Origin: Podarcis melisellensis
Lineage: Eukaryota
Assembly (NCBI GenBank): GCA_964234715.1
Contig: OZ174277.1
Strand: one strand, 5' to 3'
Length of the DNA stretch: 64,000 nt
Made by a program: the position numbers and the translations under genes. Below, piece after piece: positions 49,850-63,951 of the stretch. The notes under the pieces are model-generated. The model was given only the letters and a program-made list of their open reading frames with translations, did no database searches and was not told where the DNA came from. Each line of letters begins with the position of its first letter. Position 1 is the stretch's first letter.

Positions 49850-51075
49850 GACAAAACGAATTATTGAGACCTGGTTTCAGGACTCAATCTACCCCAATGG
49901 ATGACCTCTACTGGGAGAGGGACAAAGGTAGTGCAACACTGCTTCTTTTGCTTGATCTCTCCATGGCTTTTGATACCATCAACCATGGTATTGTCCTGGA
50001 CTAGCTCTGTGAGATGCATCCCAGGACACTGTTTTATGGTGGTTCCGGTGTTACCTTTAGGGTCAGTTCCAAAGAGTGACAATTATGTAACTGGGTGTTC
50101 CAGGGCACTATTTTGTCCTCAAGGCTATTTAACATCTATTATGAAGCCACTAGGAGCAGTCAATATGGGATGTGAAGTAAAGTGTCATCCATATACCCAG
50201 TGAATGAGTGTTTTTGTGTTTGGGAGGTACGTAAGTCAGTCACCTGTTTTGAATAGGGTTCCACTCCCTCTGAAGAAACAGGAATATTAATTGGAGGAGG
50301 GGGCTCCTGAATCCATCTTTGTCACCTGAGGCACATAAGGTCTCAGTGGCTAGGAATGCTTTAAAGCAGCTTTGGTTAGTAAGATAGCTACAGTCATACC
50401 TGGACCAAAATAGCTTGGCCACTGTGATCATGGCATTGGTAACCTCAAGACTGGATTACTGTGACGCGCTTTATGTAGGGCTTCCCTTGGGCTTAACTCA
50501 AAAACTAAAGGTGGAGCAGAATACACCAGCTGGATTATTTACTGGGGTACTCCCATCAGTACCATATAACACCTCTGCTGAAGGAGTTGCACTGGCTGCC
50601 AATATGCTACCAGGTACAGTTCAAGGCCCTGCTGTTTTAAAGTCCTAAACAATGTGGGACCAGGATATCTAAGGGACTGCTCTGCCCACTATATCCATAC
50701 CCAGCAAGTGCTCCCTCCTCAGATGCACAATGTACCCCAGAGATGCCTTTCGTTTGTACCAGAATTCGCGCTTTTAGTGTTCCCGTTCCAGCTCTCTGAA
50801 ATTAATTAGCAGCTGAAATCAAACAGCCACCTAGTATGATGTTTAGATGCCTAATAAAAACATTTTTGTTTAGGAAAGCTTTCCCTTAGGTGTAATCCAG
50901 TCATTTATGGAATACCAGTTTTGTAACTGATGGAATGGTTTCATTGGTTTCAGTTTATATGGATGGCTTTACTGTTTTAGAGCTTGTGTTTCTGCTTTTA
51001 TTCCTTTTTTGCCCTGTACACCAGCAGCTTTATCCTGTGAAGTATTCTATAAATTTAATAAATATTTAAAAATAA
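49850..51075 (+). mobile_element. Decayed L2 LINE (RT to 3' end, internally deleted)
   Basis: LLLLLDLSMAFDTINHGIVL and ALVTSRLDYCDALYVGLP are typical L2 RT/C-terminal motifs. Confidence 0.85.
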
Positions 51076-52938
51076 AAGTATGTTCCATATCATATGAATT
51101 CAGTGCCAACAGTACACATGGATAAAAACAGACATCATTTGTTCAGTAAAGTCTTGGCAAGCATTTCTGAATAAAGTATTCCAGTTTTAAAAGTTAAGTA
51201 CTTTCCAAAGCACTTTGTTTTAGAACATGCACATATACTGAAGTTGCCTTATTCACAATTGAGATCAATATGGATAAACAGCACATTTCTATCAACACTG
51301 TATAATCATCTGTCATATGTACTGCCTGAAAACACTGCTGTGGGAGTTTCAAACCAATATTAACAGTTTTTCCCTTGGGAACTTTACTACAGTGCATAAC
51401 TGTTCAAGGCTGGAAGAAGACACAATATTCCCTTGTGTATCCATTTCCAATTAAGGAAAAATTTGAAAGAAAGGAAACTACTGCCGTGGTCATAATACAA
51501 CTGCCAAATGTCAGAGCAAATCACAGTCAAGTTATTCAATCCCTAAAGGCAATACAATACATTCTTTAACAGTAAAGTATTCTCGTTAGACATCAAAACG
51601 ATCCTGGATCATTGAGTTACTTTATTTTCCAAAGAATTCCCAATAAGCATTCCAGAGAGAAAGACTCAAAAAGCTTTGAAAAACATATTTCTATTATAGT
51701 CAATTTTGTAGGACTAAAACAAGGTGGATGAGAAACAATTTCAAGGATATATGTGGGGGGGCGGGCAGGCGGTAAAAACATTTTCACTCACTAGCATAGA
51801 CACAATTAAGTTAGCATAGTGGAACAAAGGGTGCTCAAGGATGTATGATCTCAAAGGCATAACTATAGTATGTCACAATACTTCTAAAACTGAACCACTG
51901 CTATCAGCGAGTACCCAGAAATGAAGGTAAGGCCCAAGTTTCCAGCAGCCAGCAGTTAGAATAATGGCTAGCATAAAATTCTCCTTTCATAATTCCAACT
52001 CCATGATCTGCTATCAAATGTACTCCTTCCTTCTCTTCTATACTATTTTCAGCCAAAGTAACTACATTTTTTGAAAAGATAGGTCTTGGTAATAGAGCTG
52101 TTCAAATGAACCAATGCGTTGCATACTGAGAGTAGACCCATTGAAATAAATAGACTTATGTTAGTCAAGTCCATGATTTAATAGGGCACATAGTGTTAAG
52201 TATAAATTTACTGAACACCCACTATCTTAATGTATTGTCTTTAAGCAGGGCCATTTTAAGATACAGCATTATGTAAACTGAATTTGAGTTGTGTATATCC
52301 CAACTGGCATGAAACACAAAATGTAAAAGAGAGAAGCAACCTATTCAAAATGGAACTTTTGAATAGTCAGCAGTTGCAGTTTTCCCCATCTTATACTTCA
52401 TCAACAAAAAGAACTAACTATGCACACAATAATCATCACTTATTACTTGGACCACAATGTAAGCTTCCTAACCTATAGATAATTTCTTTTTTTACCAATT
52501 ATTTTTTATTGCTTTTCAATAATTTTTAACAAATTGTCACCAAATTAATACAAATTCCCGCAGCTTTTTATCTGAACAACTTTACTAAAGTAAAATACAA
52601 TTTCATTTTCCACTCCTGGTTTATTTCCAAAATTATATTTACTGTAAAGCGCTCTAGTCCTTAATGACTTGGTTCAGATCCTAATCTAAACCATGGCTTA
52701 GATCATCGTGAACAAGCCACAGTGAACCATGAGCTCACCCAATCCTTTGTACACAAAGAGAATGAAAGTTTCTCCCCTCATTTAGGGAATTGTATTTTTT
52801 CAAATTCTAGTTATAACACATTAGGGCCAAACTGAGTCAAAAGTGAAAGTGGAAGATCACATGCAAAGGAGAAAAGGGAGCATACAAGACCAATATTCAC
52901 TGCACATCATTCACAATACACATTCCTCAACATTAGAC

Positions 52939-53035
52939 TCCAGATGTTGCTGGACTAGAATTCCCATCACCTCCAGCCAGCTCAGTCAGTGGTCAATGGC
53001 AATGGGAGTTGTAGTCCAGCAACATCTGGGGACTG
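52939..53035. mobile_element. hAT palindromic MITE core, nested in an older TIR-bounded repeat (about 52669-53071)
   Basis: ccagatgttgctggacta...tagtccagcaacatctgg; related to 10348-10483. Confidence 0.7.
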
Positions 53036-55672
53036 AAATCTGAACAATGGTTTGGTTTATAATCTGAACAAGACAAATAGGTCCTATCATTAAAAGTTCT
53101 GCTGAGGTAAGCTGGACTTCATTTGACATAGAACCTTGAGAATCAAAGTGTACCCTTGGCAAGGGTGGGTGGGATGTGACTGAGGACTATTACAGAAGCT
53201 CTCCAAAATCCTGTGATAAAAGCAACTTCTGCACATGCATTCCCTCTTCACCCCCACTTTCAGTGATTTGTGAAGCGCATGTGGTGGAATCTTTTGCATT
53301 ACTAAAGATCACACATGAGCCCTTGATCAACTTAGCTCTACAGTAAAGGCAGGCAACTTGTTCACTACCAGGAGTCAAAGAGGAAATATACCATGATTTG
53401 GGAGTATTACAGAGTATCAGCACAGGCTATTTGCACATACGTAATAAACAGAGAAGCAGTTCACAATAAGTACACTGTAGATTACAGTCATCTTGGACAT
53501 TTATATTTTGCTGCTGTTTATTAAGACTAGTAAAAAGATGAAGCAACTAGTAACTCCATCACTGTTGACTAGACTCCCCTCAAATAAAATATTTAAATAG
53601 ATTTGACACATACAAAAAGTTACTCTACACCCCCCCCCAAAAAAAACCCAGATGCAATGTAGTTAATCCTTCTATTAGCAATAACCTAGAGAGGTGCGGT
53701 GGGGTACTGTGTTCCAAGACAATTTGAGCATTTGCGTCACCTGTTGAGAATCTAATCCTGAAGCATTCCTTCCTTGCTAGTGAAAAATGCAAAGAATTTC
53801 TACTGCCTAGAATTTATCGGTGCATTACATGGAGGCTTCTGGCAAGTCATTAAAAACGTCATTAAATAGGTAATGTAAATAGTGAAGGACTGAGGAAACG
53901 GAACAATGTGTTTGTAGCTAATACATAGTCGAAGAACTGAAATCTTAGAAGATGAAACATGTGAGTCTAGTACTAAACCTGGTACTAAAGCATCAGATCA
54001 TAAGAATGGACATAAATATTCTGTTGCTGTCATATATGTTTTCCCTCTCACAGGATCCCCAAAAATGTACTGTATCTGACCCCTAGTTGAAGTGCTGGCA
54101 CAGGAGAAGCTCTAGGTGTGCTGTAAAAGTGCTGATCTCCTTTCCCTCGTGCAGCATAGGTGTGCTATTCAAGCCTCCATTTTCAAGATAAGAGATAGAG
54201 CAGAGTCAGAGATGTCCTCTTAGTCAAGACCCTATCGTTCGTTTATTGGTCTAGGAACTGAGAACACTTGCATCACATTCCTTGGTTTCCCTGTAGTAAG
54301 AATGTTTTATGGGATGAGACAGCCCAGGACATCTGTGTCTAGCGTTAAAATAACAAATGACAGGGTAGCAACCACAGCAGAAACCACTGTTTTTGCTATG
54401 GTAGTGATAAAGTTTCAAGTGTTAACCTTATTCAATGTACTTTTATATTTTTAATTTTATAAAAACAAGTATTTTTAGAAGTTCAGTGTCATGTTAGTGT
54501 GCATCAATTCAGCGGGTGGGTGGGTGTGGGTGGGTGTGCACCTACTGCCTGCAGTCTGCATAACTTTTCTAGCTAAGTAGAAGAAACTTAACCTTTAGTC
54601 CACAAATGTCTAGACTGAATAGTGTATTGATTTTTTAGTTCCCAGACAATACGATTGCAAGGCGCTTTTGCTACTTTATGACCTCAAAAGGAGTAAGAAT
54701 ATAAAGCAGTAGCACCTCCCACACCATTGACTTATGTTACATAGACTTAATACAAGCCAGGATTCCCTGTACACCAGAGAAGAGAAAAATATGAAGAGAA
54801 AGATAGGGTGCAGAGAAATCTAGCTTCTTTTACCATGATACCACGCAGAAATTTCTCCAAAGAAGGAAAGAGAGAGTGCAATATCCATGTGGTTGCCTCC
54901 CCATTTGCAAGCCATTATTTTGTTGGGAACCAGCATTATATCTGAATGACACCACAGCGACATACATTATCTGCAGCTTATATACCAGACAACTGCCAAG
55001 GCTAGCTACAGGTTTTCATGAGCCATCTTTCCCACTACACACAAATGAACATCCTGGGCATACATACACACAGACACATACAAATATATACACGGACAAG
55101 GTACAAACAACTCTTTTATTTCCTCTGTTTCTGATTTACACATTTCAAATGGAAGAGAGACTATGTCAGGGGTAGCCAATCTGGTGCCCTCCATGTTGTG
55201 GACTAAGACTTTTGATTCCTGATCCTGCTGGCTGGAGCTAGGGATGGACAGACCCATTAAAGTCTGGTCCATTCCTGTTCTCAAAGTGGACAGCGTTAAG
55301 GCCATCCTCTCCCATTTACAAGCAGATTTTTAATTAAAAGTCTTTTTTAAAAAAATGCTTTACACTGAAAAGCATCTGTGTGTGTTGTCACTCTGCTCTG
55401 TGCTACAATTCCCCACCCCACTTTAAACCCCTTCAGAATTGTGCCATGAGCTACCCACAGCCTGAGCAGCTAGCAGACAGGGCTCCTTGACACTATGCAC
55501 TTTCAATGCCCATACATACATGGCTGCCCCCATGTAAGCACTGGAAAACCTTTAAAACAATCCTATTGCTGGTGGATCTATTGATCTAAATGGATCTGAA
55601 GTGAACCAAGAAATCCAAATGAGTGCTAAGGAAAGCTGGGATCCAGTTGGCACTAAGTACTTATGTAGAAAA

Positions 55673-55978
55673 GGGATGCAGGTGGGCAGTTCAAATCCCC
55701 GCGGCGGGGTGAGCTCCTGTTGCTTGGTCCCTGCTCCTGCCAACCTAGCAGTTAGAAAGCACGCCAAAGTGCAAGTAGATAAATAGGTACCGCTCTGGCA
55801 GGAAGGTCAACGGCGTTTTTGTGCGCTGCTTTGGTTCACCAAAAGCGGCTTAGTCATGCTGGCCACATGACCCGGAAGCTGTACGTCAGCTCCCTCAGCC
55901 AATAAAGCGAGATGAGTGCCACAACCCCAGAGTCAGCCGCGACTGGAGCTAATGGTCAGGGATCCCTTTACCTTTACC
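55673..55978 (+). mobile_element. Sauria SINE (Squam1) with 5' internal deletion
   Basis: B-box-like gttcaaatcc, core gtgcaagtagataaataggtacc, (ACCTTT) tail, 11-bp TSD tatgtagaaaa (55662-72, 55979-89). Confidence 0.92.
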
Positions 55979-56383
55979 TATGTAGAAAAATACTGAAGTA
56001 AATGAGAATTATGAGGTGGACCCAACCTACCTACCTGCATCCATTTCCCTATTAAAAACTTCCAAAAACAGCTATTTGTCCCCCAAGGTGCAACCACAGC
56101 AACAAGGTGGTTTGTAGCAAGAAAATAAGAACATGGGGACTGCCTTTTATTAAATCAGATCATGCGTACATCTAGATCAGTGCTGTCTACTCTGACTGGC
56201 AGAAGCCCTTCTGGATTTCTGAGTGGGTTCTCCCAGTCCTACCTGGAGATGCCTCAGGAAAAAAATGGTCAGGCATTCTGTGTGCTGCAATTACAAACCA
56301 GATTCTTTAATTATTTCACAATTTTGAAAAAGCAAACCAACAAATTGCTTTCATATTATTAGCATACCAGCTATTTGGGACCT

Positions 56384-56586
56384 GGTAAAGGTAAAAGGTA
56401 AAGGACCCCTGGACAATTAAGTCCAGTCAAAGGCGACCATGGGGTGTGGCGCTCATTTCACTTCAGGCTGAGGAAGCCGGTGTTTGTCCACAGACAGCTT
56501 TCCGAGTCATGTGGCCAGCATGACTAAACCGCTTCTGGAGCAATGGGACACAGCGATGAATGCCAGAGTGCACGGAAACACTGTTT
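56384..56586 (-). mobile_element. 5'-truncated Sauria SINE / BovB-type 3' end
   Basis: ggtaaaggtaaaaggtaaagg is the inverted ACCTTT tail; gtcatgtggccagcatgact core. Confidence 0.85.
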
Positions 56587-58344
56587 TGGGGTCTGACTTA
56601 GTACTAACGAGGCTTACTACCAGGTAAATTTTATTTTGCTAAGAAATGGTTTAATATACAAAATTAAAAATAGTTTGAAACTATCCTTAAGAAATAACTA
56701 TAACTTCTGACAAATTAATGGTCAGTGTCTGTGGAAGTTTAATGAACTGATTCAGTCACTGTATTCATGTTATAATTTAGTCAGGTATATATTAATAATA
56801 AGCTTCAAGGATCACAAGAACTTCTTGAGAAACCATCATTGACTTTTGTATAGTTCTATTAAACCATGACCTATTTCCAAGATTGTTTAAGCATTCCCAG
56901 CATTCTTCTCAATTGCTGAAAGGCTATATATCAGCTGCAGTTCTACAAATGTCCAGGGATGACTGGCAACAGATTTAGGAATGGATATCATAGTCTACTT
57001 GAGTTTAATATTCACAATGCTTCATACAGAATGGGAGCTTCAAAAATTAATTCAAAACACACCAGCATTATCAAAATAAAACCATTTTGCATATTTTCAG
57101 TGCAATTCACACAATTTGCATTATTCAGGATTGCATTCCTGTGCACACCCTAATGAAAAGGAGAGTTCTTGTTTGGCAAGGCCTTTTCCTGTAGAAATAC
57201 AAAAGACTGCAAAGGACTGTGGTACTCTTCATAAGCAACACTACATTTTGGTCTCTTATCTCTAGGAGGCAACATTTGCCTTCTAAATATTTCATACCTC
57301 TGAAGATGGGCCAAGAAGATTCCACAACTTGTACAATATACTGTATATTCCACCATTAAGATCCTTTTTTATGTAATGACAGGTCATACTGGCAACAGAG
57401 GAAGATAGCATGGAAGACCCACTTCTTATGCAGCATCACGCTACATACCAAAGCATTGCCAAGGATGTAGTAGTTACACAGGTTGCTTACTCTATCTTAA
57501 TATCCAATACTTGAATAGACATAGAAATCAAGAGTTGTATAACTCTTAACTGTTGCACAGGTCACAAATACACTATCTTAAAAAAATATTTTTCAGTTCA
57601 TAGTTCTAAGCAGGATTTGCTACCTATTTAAATGAAAGGGGGAAAAGAAGACTGACTAGAATTTTAGGGAAATGCCAGGGGCGCTGTTTTAAATAGTCCA
57701 TTCACTCCATGCTCTTGGGACTGAGTTTTAAATATATTTATAATTTCACACACATTCCTTTCTTACTACATAAGAAATCAGGACACAAAAGCTGACTCAC
57801 AGAATAGATTAACAAACTCAGGTTTAACTAAACCCTGCTTACATTACATTAGCCTACTTAATAGGATTCCTGATAACCAAAGATAATCCTATCCATTTAC
57901 TGCACTGATGCTTATGCAGCAGTTGAAATGAAATCTGGTTGGTTAATAAAAGCACTTTAATTCTGTAATTTACACTTGGCCAACATACATAACACACGCA
58001 CTCAACAGATTTTTTTTTAAAAAAAACCACTATAGTCCTACAGAGAAAATATTTACACTGCTATTTTAAAAGAGGCTGGTATACATTATGCATTTCATGT
58101 CCATGAAACTAGTCCTGATTTTCTGTAAGTGTACCATCTTCTGAAGAATCAGTGTGACCTATATACAATTGTCCATGTGCACAGTGGAGCTTTCTCGCCC
58201 TCTTTACTGCAGCAAATTGTTTAGGATGTTAAGCACAAAAATGGATTGAGAAGAACTCCAAAATTTCTCTGCAAACTGGGTGAAAGGAAATTAAAATTGC
58301 AAATGTGGGTCAATGTAAGCAAGTGTAAAATGATGCACTTAGGG

Positions 58345-58730
58345 CAGTGGTTTTCAACCAGTGTGCCGTAGCACCCTGGGCAACACTGGCCTCTGTCCCT
58401 CTTTCCTTCCCTCCCTCCTCTGATGCCCTCTTGCCTCTCTGCCTCCCAAAGGCTTGCACAGCTGTTTGATGCAACAGCCCTCTTTGGGGCAGGAGAGGCA
58501 GCTCAGAGACCAGGGGCAGCAACTGCAGCTGCCCAGAAGACTCTCAAGGAGAGGGGAGAGAAGAGAAGAGGAGGAAGAGGGAATACTCCACCAGGGTGTT
58601 CAAAAAAGGGTGAGAAGCTGCCAGCTTGCTGGCAAGGGGTGTCATAACTGAGCTCCTGAGCCCCACAGGGGTGCTGCAAAACTAATGCAGTTAGTCAAGG
58701 GATCCGTAGACTCAAAGTCGAAAACCTCTG
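58345..58730. mobile_element. Non-autonomous hAT element
   Basis: TIRs cagtggttttcaac / gtcgaaaacctctg; degenerate 8-bp TSD acttaggg / actaagga. Confidence 0.8.
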
Positions 58731-59378
58731 ACTAAGGAGCAAAGAATCCTAACCACATATACACTTAATGGCCTAATTGACAGTGACTGACCAGGAAGGG
58801 GATTTTGAGATCATTGTAGCTAGGCTCAATGAAAATGTCAATCCAGTTTACTGAAGCTGTGAAAAAGACAAATTCCACGTTACAGATCATTACGAAAAAG
58901 ACTGAAAGTGAAATGACTGACAATATAATGCCATTATACAAATCTACGGTGAACATATATTTGGAATACTATGTACAGTTCTAGTCACCAAACCTCAAAA
59001 TATGCTGTAGGTGCAGAAAAGAGCAACCAAAATGAACCAAGGGTAACTTCCCCGTGATGAAAACACCGGGGCTTTTCCACTTAGAAAAAAATACAAGTCT
59101 GGGGTGGGAAGAGAGATCTGTTAGAGATGTATAAAATTATGAAGTGAGCAAGATTGAAGGTTTTTCTCCCTTTCACAAAAAAAGGTCATGAATGCTGGAA
59201 GATTCTGGACAAAGGAAAGTATTTATTCACATAATGATTATCAACTATCATAGCACATAGTTAGAACAATGAAATTCACTCCCACAAGATGTGGTGATGG
59301 CAACTACTTCGGACAGTTTTAAAACGGAATTAAGTAAATTACTGACGAATAAAGCTTACTAGTAATGATGGCTGTGTA

Positions 59379-59609
59379 CAGTGGTACCTTGGGGTAAGTA
59401 CTTAATTTGTTCCGGAGGTCCGTTCCTAACCTGAAACTATTCTTAACCTGAAGCACCACTTTAGCTAATGGGGCCTCCCGCTGCCAGAGCACGATTTCTG
59501 TTCTCATTCTGAAGCAAAGTTCTTAACCCGAGGTAATATTTATGGGTTAGCGGAGTCTGTAACCTGAAGCGTATGTAATCTGAAGCGTATGTAACCCGAG
59601 GTACCACTG
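59379..59609. mobile_element. MITE family A
   Basis: TA flanks at 59377-78 and 59610-11; TIRs cagtggtaccttggg / cccgaggtaccactg. Confidence 0.92.
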
Positions 59610-62353
59610 TACTACCACCAATATACTTCTGAATAAAAAATAGGGACAGCGCTGTTCTGCTTATGTCCTGCTTGCAGGCTTCGCATGAGAATCTGGTTGA
59701 GCACTATGGAACAGAATGCTGGACTAGATATGCCTTTAGTCTGATTCAGCAGGGCTCTTATTGGGTTCTTAGCTTAAATCTCCCTTACAATATATAGAAC
59801 AAGAGGAAAAATAAGGCACTGAAATTCTGCGAATTTCTGCGAACATGATTGACAAGCTGTGCGCATAAATATATGTGCTTTCTAAGGAAATAAATCTGTT
59901 TGCTAAGGTTCCCAGGTTTATTATCTATTTATTGTACTTATATTCTGCCCAAATATGCAAGGTGGTTTACAATTTGAAAATATTACAATAAATGACAAAC
60001 AGTCAAGGTAAAGATAAAGAGTAAAGTTTGAGGGGGGGGGCAGTCTGGCCAGGGTAGACCCTAATGTTGTTTTTTGCCTGCTTCCCTTTTCTCTTCTTCT
60101 CACAGGGCTATTGGCATATATTGGCCTTGTGAGGAGAGGTGACTATTTATAAACCTGCTAGAAAGGAAACAGAAAAAGTCCTTTGTGTGAGCAATTGTGT
60201 CTCTGGCTATGTAGTCTTGAAAATCATAATATGTTTAGGATAAGGTTGCAAATTGCATGACTCAATGAAAAGGAAGAACTTCCATTAACATCTACCAATC
60301 AGAGTCCTGATATGAAAGACTTCAGCTCCTGTGCTTGCTAAAGCTTTCACTAACACAGTGGTTCCCAAACTGTGGAGTAAGCTCCCTTTGAGACCACAAG
60401 AAACCTGAAACAGACAGAATAGAATAATGACATGAATGGAATGAATGCCTCCTGTGAGAGGACCCTCCCTCATCCATTTAGTATTTGGGGAATAATATTC
60501 TCCTACCCCATTCTCTCAACCAGGTTCAGGAAGAAGAACTGCTTTGTTCTAATGTATTCTTCACGTGTCCTGTACATGGTACACTTCTAAAGCTTAATAT
60601 CCCCATTCAAAGATCTTCACGTTTACTGCACATACTACACATGCTCACCTGTGAAACAAATTAACTGGTGCTGCTTCAGGTAAATTCTGAAGTGGGGTCC
60701 CAGGTTGAAAAAAATGTGTATTTCTATAAAAAACATCCCTTTTGTTTTTGCATGATAATGTTGAGTTCCATATACCTGTATTTATACTGTATTTTTATAT
60801 TGTGAACCACCCTGAGATCATTGGATGAAAGGTGGTATATAAATTTAATAAAATAAAATAAATACCATTTAGAAAGATAGAAAATAAAATATTCCTTTTG
60901 CTATTTTCATTTCCTTTTTTGTACCTATTTCTCCAAAGAGAAAAAATAAGCTATAGTTAGGTACATTAGGATGCAACAGCTTGCTGCTCCGCCTATATAA
61001 CATGTGGCATATTTACAATTACTGCTTGGAGAACACGTACATACAAGATGTCATGAATACACCAAATAGTACACTTCATATAAATTCAGTAACAAAGTAA
61101 ACTTAAGTTTCATAATGAAGTATTAGCTATTTCTCACTCAATCTCTATTTTTTCCCCATCCCACCCAATAAAAAAGGTTTCCCCATTGTTTTAAAACTTA
61201 TTGAAGTGTTATATCTCTGCAATGGGAAACTGAGGGGAAATGTGATATGGTTTGCAGTCTGTTGTTCAAATAAGAAGCCTCAACGCTTCAAAAGTCCCAA
61301 GTTCTTTGGCAGGCCAAAGCAACTTTTTAGACCCCAACAGTCACAGGTTTCACAAACTTTGCAAGTACTATATAGATATTATTCTCTAGTTCCGCTACAT
61401 TGATACACTATATTGGAAGATTAAATATGGAAACTATGGAAATGGACAGACTGAAGTAATGTGCTAAATTACTTCCTTCCATCTTGCTGTTCACTTGACT
61501 GCGCAAAAATAGAATCCTGGAAGCCTAAGTAGTTACATTAGCATTAATAATTAATTCTCCTATTATTACTGCAGTTTGGAAAACAATGTAAAGGTCTCAC
61601 AAAATATAATATAAAAGTCATCTTCTGGACAAACATGTCAATTGGTGTATTAGGCTGCAATACTATACACACTTACTTGGAAGTAAGTCCCAATGAGCTT
61701 AAGTCATCAACAAGGACCAGGTCTCACTTCTATGCATAGGACTGTGCTTTTAATCTACTAAGAGATTTTATTTTTATTCTTTTTAAAAACCTTATATCCT
61801 ACCCTTCATCCTAAAATCCAGAGCAAGTAACAATTCATACATAAAGCAATTAACAAAGAAAACAATTAAAATCACCAATGTTCTGTTTTCCTGTAATCTG
61901 TCAGTGTCCTGAAACCCAGACATCCTTCTACATTAAAAAGCAAAGCAACAGATCTTCAGTTGGTGCCTAAAGCTAAACCATGCTGGTGCCAGTCAAGCCC
62001 CTAGGGTGGCTGCAAACCACTACTAGGATACTAATTCTGTGAAGGTCCTTTGGTGGGTAATAAACTCCAGGATGTCCTTTAAAGCTGGAACTACCAGCAG
62101 GGCCTTCCCAGTAGATCTCAAGTCAGGGGAAGTTCAATATGTGGAGTGGAGTTTCCTCAGACAGAGTTGATAGCATGATCATTGATAGTAATATCAGGAT
62201 CCACCCTGTCCCTCAAAAGATATACTGCATCTTGTAAATATATTTCGTCAGAATAAATTCCAGAGAACTCTATTGTGAGGTGGATTCACGTAACTAAATA
62301 GTGCAGAATTTACCATAGGTTTTACCGAGGAGTGACTACCTTGAATACAATCA

Positions 62354-62584
62354 TGAGCTCCCGCTGCTCGGTCCCTGCTCCTGCCAACCTAGCAGTTCAA
62401 AAGCACATCAAAGTGGTCAAAGTGCAAGTAGATAAATAGGTACCACTCCGGTGGGAAGGTAAATAGCGTTTTCATGTGCTGCTCTGGAAGCTGTACGCTA
62501 GCTCCCTCGGCCACTAAAGCGAGATGAGCGCCGCAACCCGAGTCATCCGCGACTGGACCTAACGGTCAGGGATCCCTTTACCTT
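62354..62584 (+). mobile_element. 5'-truncated Sauria SINE with internal deletion
   Basis: gctcctgccaacctagcagttc...gtgcaagtagataaataggtacc...ggtcagggatccctttacctt. Confidence 0.9.
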
Positions 62585-63038
62585 ATTCCTGCAACTTTGG
62601 CCAGGAAAGGCAGCAGCAGTAATGTAGAATGTGCTGGTCCTCTACCACCGCTCACTGTTTCAACGTGCTGTATTTTGAGGATCAATGGGTGAATGAGCTT
62701 ATTGAGCTTAAGTCATCAAGCAGCTGGCTTTACATTATAAATCATTTTAAGAGAAAGAGCTGAAAGTAAACTTCTCTTAGATTGAGAAATACGGGAACAG
62801 AACCAGGGATTCAGATTCAACTACTGTGATGTATTATGCTGAAACTGACCTGCCAACTATTTCTTAGTTTGCATTGGCCTAAGAATGCTCCCAGAAGTTG
62901 TGAAATAATGCTTTGCATATTTTGTAGTGAAACATAGAACTATCTATTTGAACTTATACATTAGTGGATTTTCAATAAATTATGTTGTAGTAACTAAAGT
63001 ACTGATGCTATAGACACATTAAGGACGGTTTCAGTGTA

Positions 63039-63218
63039 TAGTGGTACCTCCGGTTGTGGACGGGATCCGTCCCAGTGGTCAGGTCAGATCCTGAGGTTTC
63101 CACAACCTGAGAACCGCTTCTGTGCATGCTGAAATCCGGTCAAATACTTCCGGGTTTGCCACTTTCACATCCTGAAGCTTACGTAACCAGAGGGGTTACG
63201 TAATCTGAGGTGCTACTA
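63039..63218. mobile_element. MITE family D (same TIR group)
   Basis: TA flanks; TIRs tagtggtacctc / gaggtgctacta; interior distinct from families A-C. Confidence 0.75.
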
Positions 63219-63951
63219 TACTGAAAAGTTCTACATTTCCTAGATTAAAAAGGGTGAAAGAATCTGGAAGGCAGGTCTTAATTTTGAAGCCAGGATAATA
63301 CAAGTATTTCTATTCAGAGTGATATCAAACTCATACACAGAGAAGTCCCACTGAAGTGAATAAGTCCAATGATCTTTGAGTATCACCCACCATACTTAAA
63401 ATCAATAACTAGACTGTTTTAAACAACATGAGAAAGATTTAGCAGGGTGGGAGAGGTAGGTAATTGCAAAGAGGAACTGATTAAACTTTTGCCAGTGCTA
63501 CAGAAGTACAGGAGCAGAAGTGATGCATGCGTCATTAATTACAGCAATTCCTCATTTACGCACATTTGAGACATGCACAACTGCGCACACCATAGCAAAC
63601 CAGGAAGTGGCAGGAATAGGGGCAAAAACAGCCCTAAAAGAGCGTATAAATGGCAAAATGGCACGAAAATAACATCTAGCAATCCCAGGAGCCTTTGCAA
63701 ATGCAATCCTGGGAGCCTTTGCACCAAACTTTGAGGCCTGTGGGGACTTGGAGCTTGAGCAAGGAGGTTTGGAGGGAGCAACTGTGGAGGAGTTTGGTGG
63801 AGTTTTTGTTTTCTGAATGGCTTTTCAAGAGTTTCCAGAGGTTCAGAGGGTGTTTGCAGCCTTTCACAATGGTGTTCCCAATATACGCAATTTTATTTAA
63901 ACATGCAGTGCATCGGAACATAAGCCCCACATAAATGGGAAACTGCCTGTA

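Larger units (their letters stand above)
58120..59772 (+). mobile_element. Old CR1 (RT end to 3'UTR) interrupted by two DNA transposons
   Basis: KCKMMHLG|AKNPNHIY split at the hAT insertion; PLYKSTV...LEYY; CR1 3'UTR gctggactagatatgcctttagtctgattcagcagggctctt. Confidence 0.8.
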
